From Fidelibacterota bacterium (GTDB taxonomy: Bacteria > Fidelibacterota > UBA2242), in the NCBI GenBank assembly GCA_049975265.1, contig JBNGDF010000017.1:1-52111 (forward strand): a DNA stretch of 52,111 nucleotides. The letters are read 5' to 3'. Within the stretch, counting starts at the first letter, position 1, and each line of letters opens with the position of its first letter. Shown piece after piece: positions 19,389 through 32,222 of this stretch. A program made the translations under genes and the position numbers. The notes under the pieces were generated by a model, which was not told the DNA's origin, made no database searches, and worked only from the letters and a program-made list of their open reading frames with translations.

Positions 19389-20618
19389 TCAGGGAAAGCT
19401 GTTCATGGCAATCTGCAAGCGCTCCGCAAATTCCGCCGTACCCACTACCCGGGCACCGGGAGTTCGCGCAAACAGATCCGCGGTTCCGGTCTTTTCCCGA
19501 AATACACTCTCCACCGCCTGCTGAATCAACACCGCTGCTTCCCGCCAGCCGATATGCTCGAGCAGCATTTTGCCGGACAGAATCAGAGAGGTCGGGTTGG
19601 CTTTATCCTGACCGGCTATATCCGGTGCCGTCCCGTGGGTTGCTTCAAAAATTGCCCGTCCGGTTTCAAAATGAACATTGGCGCCCGGCGCAATGCCGAT
19701 ACCGCCTACCATCGCCGCTGCCAGATCGGAAATGTAATCGCCGTTCAGGTTCAGGGTTGCGACGATGGAATGCCGGCTCGGATAGAGCAGTAAATTCTGA
19801 AAAAAGGCATCCGCGATCCGGTCCCTGATACAGATTTTTCCATGATCCGGTGACTGAACAGTATTTTTCTCAAAATAACACTCCTTCGGAAATTCTTTTT
19901 CGATCAGTTTAAAGCCCCAGTTTCGGAACGCCCCTTCGGTGAATTTCATAATATTGCCTTTATGCACCAGTGTCACTGCCGGGCGCTGCTCCTTAATCGC
20001 ATACCGCACTGCCGCCCGAACCAGCCGCTCCGATGTGTTTTTCGAGACCGGCTTAATGCCGTAGGAGCTGTCGCCGGGGAAGGGAATCGCGTGAACATGT
20101 AATTCATTTATCAGAAATTGTTCTATCCTGGCAGTATCCGCCTCCCCCCGATTAAATTCGATTCCGCAGTAGAGATCCTCCGTGTTTTCACGAAAAATAA
20201 CCAGATCGACAAGCTCCGGCTCTTTCAACGGTGCCTCAATTCCCTCAAACCAACGCACTGGGCGGACACAGGCATAGAGATCGAGTTGCCGGCGCAGCGC
20301 CACATTCAGCGAGCGGATACCGCCGCCCACCGGCGTCGCCAGTGGACCCTTCAGCGCCACCAGATACTTTTCAATCGCTGTGACGGTGTCCGCCGGCAGC
20401 CATTCACCGGTCTGCCGGTAGGCTTTATCCCCGGCTAATACCTCGATCCACTGAATCTTCCGCTTACCGGTATAGGCTTTTCGAACGGCATGGTCAATAA
20501 CCTCCAGGGTCGGGCGGGTAATCTCGGCACCGATGCCGTCACCCTCGATATAGGGAATGACCGGAAAAGCGGGCGTCTGTATTTTACCATCATGTTGAAT
20601 AATACGCTGTTCAGACAC
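19389..20618 (-). CDS. icd: NADP-type isocitrate dehydrogenase
   Basis: IPYIEGDGIG, KGPLATPVGGGIRSLNV, RENTED, VHKGNIMKFTEG, NLNGDYISD, EATHGTAP. Confidence 0.96.
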   Translation of the reverse strand: MSEQRIIQHDGKIQTPAFPVIPYIEGDGIGAEITRPTLEVIDHAVRKAYTGKRKIQWIEVLAGDKAYRQTGEWLPADTVTAIEKYLVALKGPLATPVGGGIRSLNVALRRQLDLYACVRPVRWFEGIEAPLKEPELVDLVIFRENTEDLYCGIEFNRGEADTARIEQFLINELHVHAIPFPGDSSYGIKPVSKNTSERLVRAAVRYAIKEQRPAVTLVHKGNIMKFTEGAFRNWGFKLIEKEFPKECYFEKNTVQSPDHGKICIRDRIADAFFQNLLLYPSRHSIVATLNLNGDYISDLAAAMVGGIGIAPGANVHFETGRAIFEATHGTAPDIAGQDKANPTSLILSGKMLLEHIGWREAAVLIQQAVESVFREKTGTADLFARTPGARVVGTAEFAERLQIAMNSFP

Positions 20619-22875
20619 GCTTTTGTCCTTTCTGTTTGCGGATAAAATTCATGGCACTGCCGGCTTTGAACCACTGAATCTGTTGGCGGTTGTAGCTATG
20701 CCGGAGCCCGATGGTCTGCCGGCTGCCGTCCCGGTGTTTCAGAATCAGATTTAATGAAGAACCCGGTGAAAAATTTTCCAGACCGCGGATATCCATATGA
20801 TCATCTTCGCGAATGGAATCGTAATCGGCGGGATTTTCAAATGTCACCGCCAGGATACCCTGCTTTTTCAGATTGGTTTCATGAATCCTGGCAAAAGATT
20901 TTGCAATGACCACTACGACGCCCAGATGACGCGGCTCCATCGCCGCATGTTCGCGGGAAGAGCCCTCACCGTAGTTTTCATCTCCCACGATAACCATCCC
21001 GCGACCCCGCGCCTGATAATTCCGGGCGACATCGGCAATCTTCTGGAATATTCCGGTAAAGCGGTTCAGTGTCTTACCGGTTTCATGGTAAAACGCATTC
21101 CGGGCGCCTGCCAGTAAATTGTCGGAAATACGGTCAAGATGTCCACGGTATTTCAGCCATGACCCTGCCGGAGAGATATGATCGGTGGTACATCTGCCCC
21201 GGACCTTTATCAGCAGCTCCAGATCACGAAACGATTTTTCATCCCATTCGGGAAAAGGTTGCAGCAGCTGCAGACGTTCCGAGTCGGCTCTGATATTAAT
21301 TGTTACCGTTGGATCACCGGAGTTCCCATCCCGGTCCGGAGCCCGGGAAATCTTTGTTTCGGGCAACGAGACACCTCCCGGCGGTTCGAGCCGTATTTTC
21401 TGCCCCTCCCCGTTTTCCAGAAAATCGGTCAACGGATTGAAATGCAGATCGCCTGCCAGCACCATCGCCATTAAGATCTCCGGCGAGGCAATGAACGCAT
21501 GGGTATAGGGATTGCCGTCATTGCGACCCGCAAAATTCCGGTTGAAGCTGGTGATAATAGAATTGACTTGTTCCGGTGGTAGGTGGCGCCGCCACTGTCC
21601 GATGCAGGGACCGCAGGCATTGGCGAGCAGGACTGCACCCAACCTCCGAAATTCCTCCAGTGAACCGGTTCTGTCACAAACCTGCCGGACCTGCTCAGAC
21701 CCCGGATTTATCACCAGCCCGGCTCTGGGTGAAATCCTAAACTGATTCGCCTGCCGCGCGATCTCCGCCGCCCGGGTCAGGTCTTCATAAGAGGAATTGG
21801 TACAGGAACCGATCAGCCCTGCCGATAAGCGGGCGGGATAGCCGTTTTTATCTACGTAAGCAGCGAATTCCGACAAAGGCACGGCAATATCCGGCGAAAA
21901 TGGTCCGTTGATATAGGGTTCCAGCGTATCCAAATCAAACCGGATCACACGGTCATAAAAGTGTTCCGGATTTGCATAAACGGCAGGATCGGCACGTAAT
22001 TCCGGCGTTACCTTTGGAATCACAGTAATCAAGCTTTCACGACCGGTGCAGACCAGATAATCGCCCATGTAGTCATCATAGGGAAAGACCGATGCGGTGG
22101 CACCCAGTTCGGCACCCATGTTACAGATCGTCGCCTTGCCGGTACAGGAGATGTTTTGCGCACCGGTGCCGAAATACTCAATCACGGTATCTGTTGCCCC
22201 CTTTGTACCGATGATACCCGCCAGCTTCAGAATCACATCCTTCGCCGACGCCCAACCATGCAACTTTCCGGTCAGCTCAACGCCAATAATTCCGGGCATT
22301 TTCAGCTCCCAGCTCATCCCAGCCATCACATCCACCGCATCGGCACCACCAACCCCGACCCCGAGCATTCCCAGCCCGCCGGCGGTGGGTGTATGGGAGT
22401 CGGTACCAATCAGCAAGCCTCCGGGGAAAGCGTAATTTTCCAGCACAATCTGGTGGATAATACCGCTGCCCGGCTTCCAGAAACCGATCCCGAATTTCGA
22501 CGCGGCGTTTTCCAGAAAGCGATAAACCTCACCGTTATCCGCAAGTGCCTGTCGTAAATCCTCCTCCGCACCGGAATCGGCGCAAATCAGGTGATCGCAG
22601 TGAAGCGTCGTGGGCACACTGACCTTCTGCCGCCCGGAATTCATAAATTGCAACAGCGCCATCTGCCCGGTGGCGTCCTGCATGGCAACCCGGTCGGGAT
22701 TCAGATCGATGTAGCTTTCCCACCTTTGAATACCCACAACCGTCTCCGGATTAGTCAAATGCGAAAACAGTATTTTCTCGGTAAGCGTAAACGGTCTTTT
22801 CAGGATATTTCTCAATCCGGCAATCCGCCTGGCAAATCTCGAATAAAAGGCATTTACAACAGCACTATATTCCAA
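20611..22875 (-). CDS. acnA: Aconitate hydratase, mitochondrial/Bacteroidota type
   Basis: 754 aa; DRVAMQDAT, HCDH, GTDSHT, IGSCTNSSYED, ANACGPCIGQW, TTDHIS, NYGEGSSREHAA; TTG start with GGAGG RBS. Confidence 0.95.
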   Translation of the reverse strand: MEYSAVVNAFYSRFARRIAGLRNILKRPFTLTEKILFSHLTNPETVVGIQRWESYIDLNPDRVAMQDATGQMALLQFMNSGRQKVSVPTTLHCDHLICADSGAEEDLRQALADNGEVYRFLENAASKFGIGFWKPGSGIIHQIVLENYAFPGGLLIGTDSHTPTAGGLGMLGVGVGGADAVDVMAGMSWELKMPGIIGVELTGKLHGWASAKDVILKLAGIIGTKGATDTVIEYFGTGAQNISCTGKATICNMGAELGATASVFPYDDYMGDYLVCTGRESLITVIPKVTPELRADPAVYANPEHFYDRVIRFDLDTLEPYINGPFSPDIAVPLSEFAAYVDKNGYPARLSAGLIGSCTNSSYEDLTRAAEIARQANQFRISPRAGLVINPGSEQVRQVCDRTGSLEEFRRLGAVLLANACGPCIGQWRRHLPPEQVNSIITSFNRNFAGRNDGNPYTHAFIASPEILMAMVLAGDLHFNPLTDFLENGEGQKIRLEPPGGVSLPETKISRAPDRDGNSGDPTVTINIRADSERLQLLQPFPEWDEKSFRDLELLIKVRGRCTTDHISPAGSWLKYRGHLDRISDNLLAGARNAFYHETGKTLNRFTGIFQKIADVARNYQARGRGMVIVGDENYGEGSSREHAAMEPRHLGVVVVIAKSFARIHETNLKKQGILAVTFENPADYDSIREDDHMDIRGLENFSPGSSLNLILKHRDGSRQTIGLRHSYNRQQIQWFKAGSAMNFIRKQKGQKRV

Positions 22876-22954
22876 TTCAGACCTCCCACCTGATGGCAGC
22901 CATGATACTATATTTCGTAAAATCCGCCTTGCGGCGATACAATCTATTCCGTAA

Positions 22955-24527
<1,573 letters not shown>

Positions 24528-24531
<4 letters not shown>

Positions 24532-25802
24532 AATTTCTCCTGCATATAATTCCGCGGATCGGCGATTTTCCCTGCGATGGCTGATGCCGCAACCGTCGCC
24601 GGGCTGGCTAAATACACCTCCGACTGCGGGCTGCCCATCCGTCCGACAAAATTGCGGTTGGTGGAGCTGATACAGCGCTCTCCGGCTGCCAGAACACCCA
24701 TATGCCCGCCCAGACAGGCGCCGCAGGTGGGCGTGGACACCGCCGCACCGGCAGCCATGAAAATATCCAGCAAGCCCTCCCGGTTTGCCTGTCTCCAGAT
24801 GTCGCTTGTGGCGGGAACTACAATCATGCGGGTGTTTTTCGCCACCTGCCGGTTCTTCAGAATCTCCGCCGCCACCCGTAAATCTTCAATTCGTCCGTTG
24901 GTACAGCTGCCCAGATAAGCCTGGTCTACTGCAATTTCGCCAGCCTGTGAAACCGGCTTGCCATTGCTGGGCAGATGGGGAAAAGCAACGAGCGGCTCCA
25001 GGTTGGTTACATCAATCTCCACAATCCGGCAGTATTCCGCATCGGAATCGCTGCTGAATATTTTAAAAGGTTCGGCGGTGCGGGCTTCCACATAATCAAT
25101 TGTCTTCTGATCGGGATTGATAATCCCCGACTTGCCACCGGCTTCGATTGCCATGTTGCAAATCGTCATCCGGGCTTCCACCGACAATTCATCGATCAGA
25201 TCGCCGGTGAACTCCATGGTTTTATAGAGCGCGCCGTCCACCCCGATCTGCCGGATAATTTCCAGAATCACGTCCTTGGCATACACACCTTTCCCGAGTT
25301 TCCCGCTCAGGCGGAAAAGGATCGTCTCGGGCACTTTGAACCAGAGTTTGCCGGTAGCCAGCGCAGCAGCCAGGTCGGTACTGCCGATTCCGGTAGAGAA
25401 CGCGCCTAACGCTCCGTGTGTTGATGTGTGACTGTCACCACAGATAATTGTCGTACCAGGTCGTACATGTCCCTGCTCCGGCAAAAGCGCATGACACACA
25501 CCGTGGTGTCCAAGTTCATAAAATTTTTCAATCTTCTGTTCATTTGCCCAACGCCGGATTTTCGCCACCATCTCCGCCGATTTAATATCCTTATTGGGGA
25601 CAAAATGGTCCGGTATGACCACGACCCGCTCCGGGTGCGCCACCCGGTTCAAGCCCCGTTCCGCCAGCATATCGATCGCCGGCGTGGTCGTCACATCGTG
25701 GCACATGATGACATCTATTTCAGCGTTAATGAGTTCGCCGGGTGTCACCCGTTTGCGACCGCTATGCGCCGCTAAAATTTTCTCGGTAATTGTGGAGCCC
25801 AT
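24528..25802 (-). CDS. leuC: 3-isopropylmalate dehydratase large subunit (subfamily-2 type)
   Basis: [46 protein letters not shown]. Confidence 0.94.
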
Positions 25803-25819
25803 GTATTTCTCCTTTATCC

Positions 25820-27358
25820 CTATGCCTGCAGCTTTTCCCGATAATTCAAGGCTTTATTGATCCCTTTGATAATCGCCCTCGCACTGGCGCGAATAACATC
25901 CTCGTCCACCGCCCTGGCGATAAATATATTCATTTTCTCATCGCTCAGTTTTATCGAAACATCCGCCAGCGCATCGGTGCCGCCGGTAATCGCTTTCAGA
26001 TGATAGTCCTGCAACTTCAGCGACGGATCAATCAACTGCCAGATGGCGTTGCTGACCGCATCCACCGGACCGTCACCGAGACCGGCGGCGATTTTCACCT
26101 CATCGTATACCCGTAATTTCACCGAAGCGGTGGGGGTCATATTAGAACCGGTTACAACGGAAAACTCCTCCAGTTTGACAAACTGCTCCTCCTCGGTCAG
26201 CTGGTGGGTCACATCCCGGGCAATGGCGATAATATCGTCCCGCTCGACAAATTTTTCCTTATCCGCCAGGTCCTTAACCCGTTCGGTGATCTGCGCAACA
26301 GTCTCTCTGTCCAGCTGAAAACCTTCCTCTTGCAGCAGCGCCGCCACGGCATGCTTGCCGGAGTGTTTACCGATCACCAAATTTTCACCGGTCCAGCCCA
26401 CATCGTCGGGAGTCATAATTTCGTAGGTCTGCTTGCTTTTCAGCACACCATGCTGGTGAATACCCGCCTCGTGGGCAAAGGCATTGATGCCGACAATTGC
26501 TTTATTGCGCTGAACATCAATGCCGGTGAGATTCGCAACCAGCCGGCTCGTCCGGTATATCTCTTTGGTGTTGATATTGACATCCACATTAAAATAATCC
26601 CGCCGGGTAACCAGATTCATAATAATCTCTTCCAGAGATGCATTCCCCGCCCGTTCACCAATGCCGTTGATGCAGCCCTCAACCTGCGTAGCGCCCGCCT
26701 CCACCGCCGCCAGTGAATTGGCAACCGCATTGCCGAGATCATTATGGCAATGAACGCTGATGACCACCTTCCCGGCTTCGGGCACCTTTTTAAAAAGATA
26801 CCGAATCCGATCCCCGAATTCGCGGGGTTCCGCATAACCAACGGTATCGGGAATATTGATCGTCGTTGCGCCGGCTTCGATGGCGGCTTTGACAACAGCA
26901 CACATATAATCCAGACTGGTACGGGCGGCGTCTTCCGGCGAAAACTCCACATCCTCACAATAGCCCTTCGCCCGCTGCACAGCTCGAACCGCCAGATCGA
27001 TGATCTCCTGCTTGCTTTTTTGTAATTTCTTTTCGCGATGCACTTTAGACGTGGCAATGAAGGTATGAATCCGGGGCTTTTTGGAATACTGCACCGCCTC
27101 CCAGCAGCGGTCGATATCCGCATCGTTTGCCCGCGCCAGACCGCAGATTGACGGACCCTGCACGTTTTGCGCCACCAGCTTGACGGCTTCAAAATCACCC
27201 ACAGAAGCAATCGGAAAGCCGGCTTCGATGACATCGACTCCCAGGCGCGCCAGCTGGTGTGCCACCACGAGTTTTTCACCGGTGGTTAAAGAGGCGCCCG
27301 GGCTCTGTTCGCCGTCCCGCAAAGTAGTGTCAAAAATAATAATGGTTCGCTTTTCCAT
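25820..27358 (-). CDS. leuA: 2-isopropylmalate synthase
   Basis: [47 protein letters not shown]. Confidence 0.96.
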   Translation of the reverse strand: MEKRTIIIFDTTLRDGEQSPGASLTTGEKLVVAHQLARLGVDVIEAGFPIASVGDFEAVKLVAQNVQGPSICGLARANDADIDRCWEAVQYSKKPRIHTFIATSKVHREKKLQKSKQEIIDLAVRAVQRAKGYCEDVEFSPEDAARTSLDYMCAVVKAAIEAGATTINIPDTVGYAEPREFGDRIRYLFKKVPEAGKVVISVHCHNDLGNAVANSLAAVEAGATQVEGCINGIGERAGNASLEEIIMNLVTRRDYFNVDVNINTKEIYRTSRLVANLTGIDVQRNKAIVGINAFAHEAGIHQHGVLKSKQTYEIMTPDDVGWTGENLVIGKHSGKHAVAALLQEEGFQLDRETVAQITERVKDLADKEKFVERDDIIAIARDVTHQLTEEEQFVKLEEFSVVTGSNMTPTASVKLRVYDEVKIAAGLGDGPVDAVSNAIWQLIDPSLKLQDYHLKAITGGTDALADVSIKLSDEKMNIFIARAVDEDVIRASARAIIKGINKALNYREKLQA

Positions 27359-27367
27359 AGTAACTCC

Positions 27368-28951
27368 TCAGCCCCTCTTCCCGTTACGGATTTTCATTAA
27401 GTAATAGGAAAAACTGTCGGTCAGCGCCTGGTAACTGGCTTCAATGATATTCTCCGAGACGCCCACCGTATTCCAGGTTCTCTTTTCGTCGCTGGATTCG
27501 ATCAACACCCGCACTCTGGCGAGGGTAGCTGCCCGGGCATTGATGACCCGAACCTTGTAATCCGACAGCTGCATATCGTCAATTTCCGGGTAAAACTTGG
27601 TCAGCGCTTTCCGCAACGCATTATCCAGGGCATTCACCGGACCGACTCCTTCGGCGGCGGTATGCTCCATCTGATTGTTCACCAGCATACGGACGGTGGC
27701 TTCCGAACGAATCTCCCCGGACTCATTTTTTTCAATCAAAATCCGGAATCCGCGCAGGGTAAAGTAGTTACGATACTCATCTTTCAGTTTTTTTATCAGC
27801 AATTCCAGAGAGCCTTCCGCCGCTTCAAATTCGTAGCCCTCATGTTCCAGCTGTTTCAGTTGTTGCACAATTTCTGGAATCCGATCCTTGTCGGATTCCA
27901 GATCGACGCCCAGTTCATCGGCTTTGAAAAGAATATTGCTTTTACCGGAAAGGTCGGAAATCAACACCCGGCGCCGGTTGCCAACGGTTTCCGGTTTGAT
28001 ATGTTCGTAACTGGCGGAATCCCGCATTACGGCGCTGACGTGAATCCCGCCTTTGTGAGCGAATGCGCTCTTGCCAACGAAGGGTGCGTTATGGGGATGG
28101 ATCAGGTTGGCGATTTCACTGACATAATGGGAAAGCGCCGTCAGATTTGCGATATTTTGCGGCGGAACACAGGCATAGCCGGCTTTCAGTTGCAGATTCG
28201 GAATTACACTGCACAGATTGGCGTTGCCGCAACGCTCGCCGTAGCCGTTGATGGTTCCCTGAACATGGACACAGCCGTTCTGAACAGCCACCAGTGTATT
28301 CGCCACCGCCAGTCCGGAATCGTTATGGGCGTGAATTCCGAGTGGTGTTTGCAGCTCCTTTTTCACCGCTTGGACGATACTGGCGATCTCATTGGTCAGC
28401 GATCCACCGTTGGTATCGCAAAGCACCAGCACATCGGCGCCAGCTGCCTCAGCAACCCTGAGGCATTCCAGGGCATAATCGGCATCGTCTTTATAGCCAT
28501 CGAAAAAATGCTCGGCGTCAAAAATCACCTCTTTACCCCTTGCTTTGAGAAAAGCGACGCTCTCCCGGATCATCGTTATATTCTGCGCTTTGGTGACCCG
28601 TAATGCCTTTTCCACATGGAAAACCCAGGTTTTACCGAAGATGGACACCGCCGGCGTTTCCGCCTCCAGCAGGGCAGAAATATTCGGGTCTTCCGCGACT
28701 TTATTCCGGGCGTGTTTGGTTGACCCGAACGCTACAATTCTCGCCTGTCTGAATGACTCGTTTTTCACTTTTTTAAAAAAGAGAACATCCTTGGGATTGG
28801 AGCCCGGCCAGCCCCCTTCGATATAGTGAATTCCGAAGTCGTCCAGCTTTTTGGCAATGTGCAATTTATCCTCCAGCGAAAAGGAAATATTCTCGCTTTG
28901 GGAACCATCCCGCAACGTCGTATCGAACAATTTTACCGTTGAGGTTTCCAT
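27368..28951 (-). CDS. cimA: Citramalate synthase
   Basis: DTTLRDGSQ, IEGGWPGSNPKD, FDAEHFFDG, DTNGG, HKGGIHVSA, SDLSGKSN (CimA-type motifs). Confidence 0.9.
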   Translation of the reverse strand: METSTVKLFDTTLRDGSQSENISFSLEDKLHIAKKLDDFGIHYIEGGWPGSNPKDVLFFKKVKNESFRQARIVAFGSTKHARNKVAEDPNISALLEAETPAVSIFGKTWVFHVEKALRVTKAQNITMIRESVAFLKARGKEVIFDAEHFFDGYKDDADYALECLRVAEAAGADVLVLCDTNGGSLTNEIASIVQAVKKELQTPLGIHAHNDSGLAVANTLVAVQNGCVHVQGTINGYGERCGNANLCSVIPNLQLKAGYACVPPQNIANLTALSHYVSEIANLIHPHNAPFVGKSAFAHKGGIHVSAVMRDSASYEHIKPETVGNRRRVLISDLSGKSNILFKADELGVDLESDKDRIPEIVQQLKQLEHEGYEFEAAEGSLELLIKKLKDEYRNYFTLRGFRILIEKNESGEIRSEATVRMLVNNQMEHTAAEGVGPVNALDNALRKALTKFYPEIDDMQLSDYKVRVINARAATLARVRVLIESSDEKRTWNTVGVSENIIEASYQALTDSFSYYLMKIRNGKRG

Positions 28952-28952
28952 T

Positions 28953-29954
28953 TTATTTTCCTTTTTTCAGCCAGGGCATCATTTTACGCAGCTGTTTGCC
29001 GGTTTTTTCCAGCAGCAGTTCGCTGTGCTCATGCCGCAGGGCGTTATGGGTCGGTCGCCCGGCTTGATTTTCCAGAATCCACTCTCTGGCAAAGCGTCCG
29101 TCCTGGACCTCCCGGAGAATGGTCTGCATCTCTGCTTTCACAGCATCATTAATCAGTCGCGGACCGCGGGTCATTCCGCCGTATTCCGCCGTATCACTGA
29201 CCGAGTAGTACATCCCGGCGATGCCGCCTTCGTAGAACAGATCAACAATCAGTTTCATCTCATGCAGGCATTCAAAGTAGGCGATTTCCGGCTGATATCC
29301 GGCATCCACCAGCGTCTGAAAACCGGCTTTGATCAATTCCGTGATGCCACCGCACAAAACCGCCTGTTCACCGAACAGATCGGTTTCCGTTTCTTCCCGG
29401 AAAGTTGTCTCGATGATACCCGCCCGACCGGCGCCGATCCCGCAGGCATGCGCCAATGCCAGGTCTTTGGCTTTGCCGCCGGCATCCTGAAAGACCGCTA
29501 TCAGTGACGGTACACCGGCGCCGATTTCGTACTGACGGCGGACCAGGTGACCGGGACCTTTCGGTGCCACCATATAGACATCCACATCTTTCGGAGGCAC
29601 TATCTGACCAAAATGGATATTAAACCCATGCGAGAAAACCAACGCTTTTCCGGCTGTTAGGTTCTGCCGAATTTCTGATGCATAAATCCGTTTTTGCAGT
29701 TCATCGGGAACAAGAATCTGAATCACGTCCGCCTGAGCGCTGGCTTCAGCCGCAGACATCGGTTTAAAACCATGACTCAGGGCTAGTTTATAATTATCAC
29801 TGCCTTCAACATCAGCAACGATGACTTTATATCCGCTGTCCCGCAGGTTCTGCGCCTGGGCGTGCCCCTGACTGCCATAACCAATAATCGCAATCGTTTT
29901 GCCTTTCAGGACATTCTGATCGGCATCCTTGTCATAATACATTTTAATCGCCAT
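28953..29954 (-). CDS. ilvC: Ketol-acid reductoisomerase
   Basis: True start [10 protein letters not shown] at ATG 29954; [39 protein letters not shown]. Confidence 0.97.
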   Translation of the reverse strand: MAIKMYYDKDADQNVLKGKTIAIIGYGSQGHAQAQNLRDSGYKVIVADVEGSDNYKLALSHGFKPMSAAEASAQADVIQILVPDELQKRIYASEIRQNLTAGKALVFSHGFNIHFGQIVPPKDVDVYMVAPKGPGHLVRRQYEIGAGVPSLIAVFQDAGGKAKDLALAHACGIGAGRAGIIETTFREETETDLFGEQAVLCGGITELIKAGFQTLVDAGYQPEIAYFECLHEMKLIVDLFYEGGIAGMYYSVSDTAEYGGMTRGPRLINDAVKAEMQTILREVQDGRFAREWILENQAGRPTHNALRHEHSELLLEKTGKQLRKMMPWLKKGK

Positions 29955-30465
29955 TTTTATTGTCTCCTTTTTTAGGTGTTTGATATTCCGCCATGGCAAA
30001 TTCACCACTGCGAATATATTCCTGAATGCCATAGGTGCGGACAATCTCAATAAAGCGGTCAATCTTGCGCGGAGTACCAGCCATTTCCATGATGACATTA
30101 TCCATTGCCACGTCGATCAGATTGGCTTTGAAGACCCGTGCCAGATTAAAAACATCGCTCCGGTTTTTTTCCTTTACCTCCAGTTTTAAAATAATATATT
30201 CCCGGACGATATAGTTGTCTTTATGGGAAATATCGGTGACGCGAATCGTGTCAATCAGCTTGTTCAGTTGCTTGACAATCTGCTCAATGTGCTCTTCGGT
30301 TCCTGAAACCACCAGACTGATTTTGTAAATGTTGGGGTCTTCGGTGGGCGCACCGATAACGCTCTCGATATTATAGCCCCGCTGAGAAAGCAATCCCGAA
30401 ATCCGCGCCAAAACACCGCTGCTGTTCAGGACTGTAATGATTAGTGTATGTTTCTCCAACATCAT
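29944..30465 (-). CDS. ilvN: Acetolactate synthase small (regulatory) subunit
   Basis: ACT domain [32 protein letters not shown]. Confidence 0.95.
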   Translation of the reverse strand: MMLEKHTLIITVLNSSGVLARISGLLSQRGYNIESVIGAPTEDPNIYKISLVVSGTEEHIEQIVKQLNKLIDTIRVTDISHKDNYIVREYIILKLEVKEKNRSDVFNLARVFKANLIDVAMDNVIMEMAGTPRKIDRFIEIVRTYGIQEYIRSGEFAMAEYQTPKKGDNKNGD

Positions 30466-32195
30466 TTTTCTCCTATGATAATATCCGTAAGTGGTTTACC
30501 GGCAGAAACCATGGGAAAGACGTTTTCTTCCCGTTTGATGGTGAATTCCATCAGGACCGGTCCCTCTTCTGCCAGTCCTTTTTTGAGAGTTGCCGGAACC
30601 TCTGCCTGGGTTTTCGCCCGGAAACCGCGCATCCCGTTGGCTTCGGCAACCCTGACCAGATCGGGAATGTACAACTCCGGGCAATCATCCCGCGGTCCCT
30701 GACAATCCTCCGGACAATCAGGTCCCTGCATCAGGCAGACCCGGGAGTACCGTTTCTTCCAGAAGAGCTCCTGCCACTGACGCACCATCCCCAGGTACGT
30801 GTTATTCAACACAATCACCTTAACAGGAATGCGGTTGATAGCGCAGGTCGCCAGTTCCTGAATATTCATTTGAATTCCCCCATCACCGGCAACACAGACG
30901 ACCTGAGTACCGGGATTACCGATGGCGGCTCCCATTGCCGCCGGCAGACCAAATCCCATAGTACCCAATCCACCGGAAGTAAGAAATTTCCGGGGGTGAC
31001 GATGATGACAATGGAGCGCTGCCCACATCTGATTCTGTCCGACATCGGTAACCAGAATCGCATTGGGATCGATCACTTCATTAATCTCTTCCAGAACATA
31101 TTGAGGACTGATGAGATCATCAGCGGAGTCAGCGAAAGTCAGCGGATATTTCGTTTTCCAGAAATCCGTACGCTCGTTCCAGAAACTCCGTTCTCGCGGT
31201 TTCACTATCTCTAAAAGACTTTTTAAAACGTTTTTCGCGTCGCCTACCACCGGAATCTGGGCTTTGATATTTTTCCCGATTTCAGCCGGATCGATATCAA
31301 TATGAGCGATCGTGGCATTCGAGGCAAACGTATCGCGTGGTCCGGTAACCCGATCGTCGAAGCGGGCACCAATAGCAATTAGCAGATCACACTCGGTCAC
31401 CGCTTTATTGGCTGCCACAAGACCATGCATACCAAGCATTCCAAGAAAATTCGGATGATCAAAAGGTACACAACCCAATCCCATCAATGTCACCACCACC
31501 GGAATCCGGGTCTTCTCCAGAAACTGCAACAGTTCCGGAGTCGCACCTGACGAGATAATGCCACCGCCGACATAGAGCAGCGGTTTCTTCGATTGAGAAA
31601 TCGCAGCTGCCAATTTCTTAATCTGTCCGGCATTGCCTTTCACCACCGGCTTGTAGCCTGGCAGCGATATTTTATCAGGGTAAATATAATCCTTGACCTT
31701 GGTGTTCACTACATCTGTCGGAACATCTATGGAAACCGGTCCGGGACGACCGCTCCTGGCGATATAAAACGCCTCTTTGATGACGCCGGGCAGATCGGCA
31801 ACATTTTTTACCAGATAGTTGTGTTTACAAATTGGTCGGGTTAGTCCGACCATGTCGGTCTCCTGAAAGGCATCGGTGCCGATATTGGAGGTCGGTACCT
31901 GCCCGCTGATCACAACGATCGGCGACGAATCCATCTTCGCCGTTGCAATGCCTGTGATCGTGTTCGTTGCTCCCGGTCCCGAGGTCACCATACAGACCCC
32001 AACTTTTCCGGTGGACCGGGCATAGCCGTCTGCCGCATGGGTCGCCCCCTGCTCATGACGGGTCAGTAAGAATCGAATCCCTTTTGTAGAGTAAAGCGCA
32101 TCAAAAATCGGGATCACCGCCCCGCCGGGATAACCAAAAATGGTGTCAACACCTTCCCGTTTCAATGCATCTATTAAAATTTCAGAACCTTTCAT
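30462..32195 (-). CDS. ilvB: Acetolactate synthase large subunit
   Basis: FGYPGGA, RHEQGA, TSGPGATN, GARFDDRVTG, TSGGLGTMGFG, GDGG..MN, LGMVRQWQ. Confidence 0.97.
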   Translation of the reverse strand: MKGSEILIDALKREGVDTIFGYPGGAVIPIFDALYSTKGIRFLLTRHEQGATHAADGYARSTGKVGVCMVTSGPGATNTITGIATAKMDSSPIVVISGQVPTSNIGTDAFQETDMVGLTRPICKHNYLVKNVADLPGVIKEAFYIARSGRPGPVSIDVPTDVVNTKVKDYIYPDKISLPGYKPVVKGNAGQIKKLAAAISQSKKPLLYVGGGIISSGATPELLQFLEKTRIPVVVTLMGLGCVPFDHPNFLGMLGMHGLVAANKAVTECDLLIAIGARFDDRVTGPRDTFASNATIAHIDIDPAEIGKNIKAQIPVVGDAKNVLKSLLEIVKPRERSFWNERTDFWKTKYPLTFADSADDLISPQYVLEEINEVIDPNAILVTDVGQNQMWAALHCHHRHPRKFLTSGGLGTMGFGLPAAMGAAIGNPGTQVVCVAGDGGIQMNIQELATCAINRIPVKVIVLNNTYLGMVRQWQELFWKKRYSRVCLMQGPDCPEDCQGPRDDCPELYIPDLVRVAEANGMRGFRAKTQAEVPATLKKGLAEEGPVLMEFTIKREENVFPMVSAGKPLTDIIIGEK

Positions 32196-32222
32196 AATAT
32201 CCTCATATATCCTAATCTTCTT

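Noticed and set aside
29955..30098. N-terminal extension of ilvC in the ORF track
   Set aside because: It overlaps ilvN; the real start is ATG 29954, preceded by AAGGAG.
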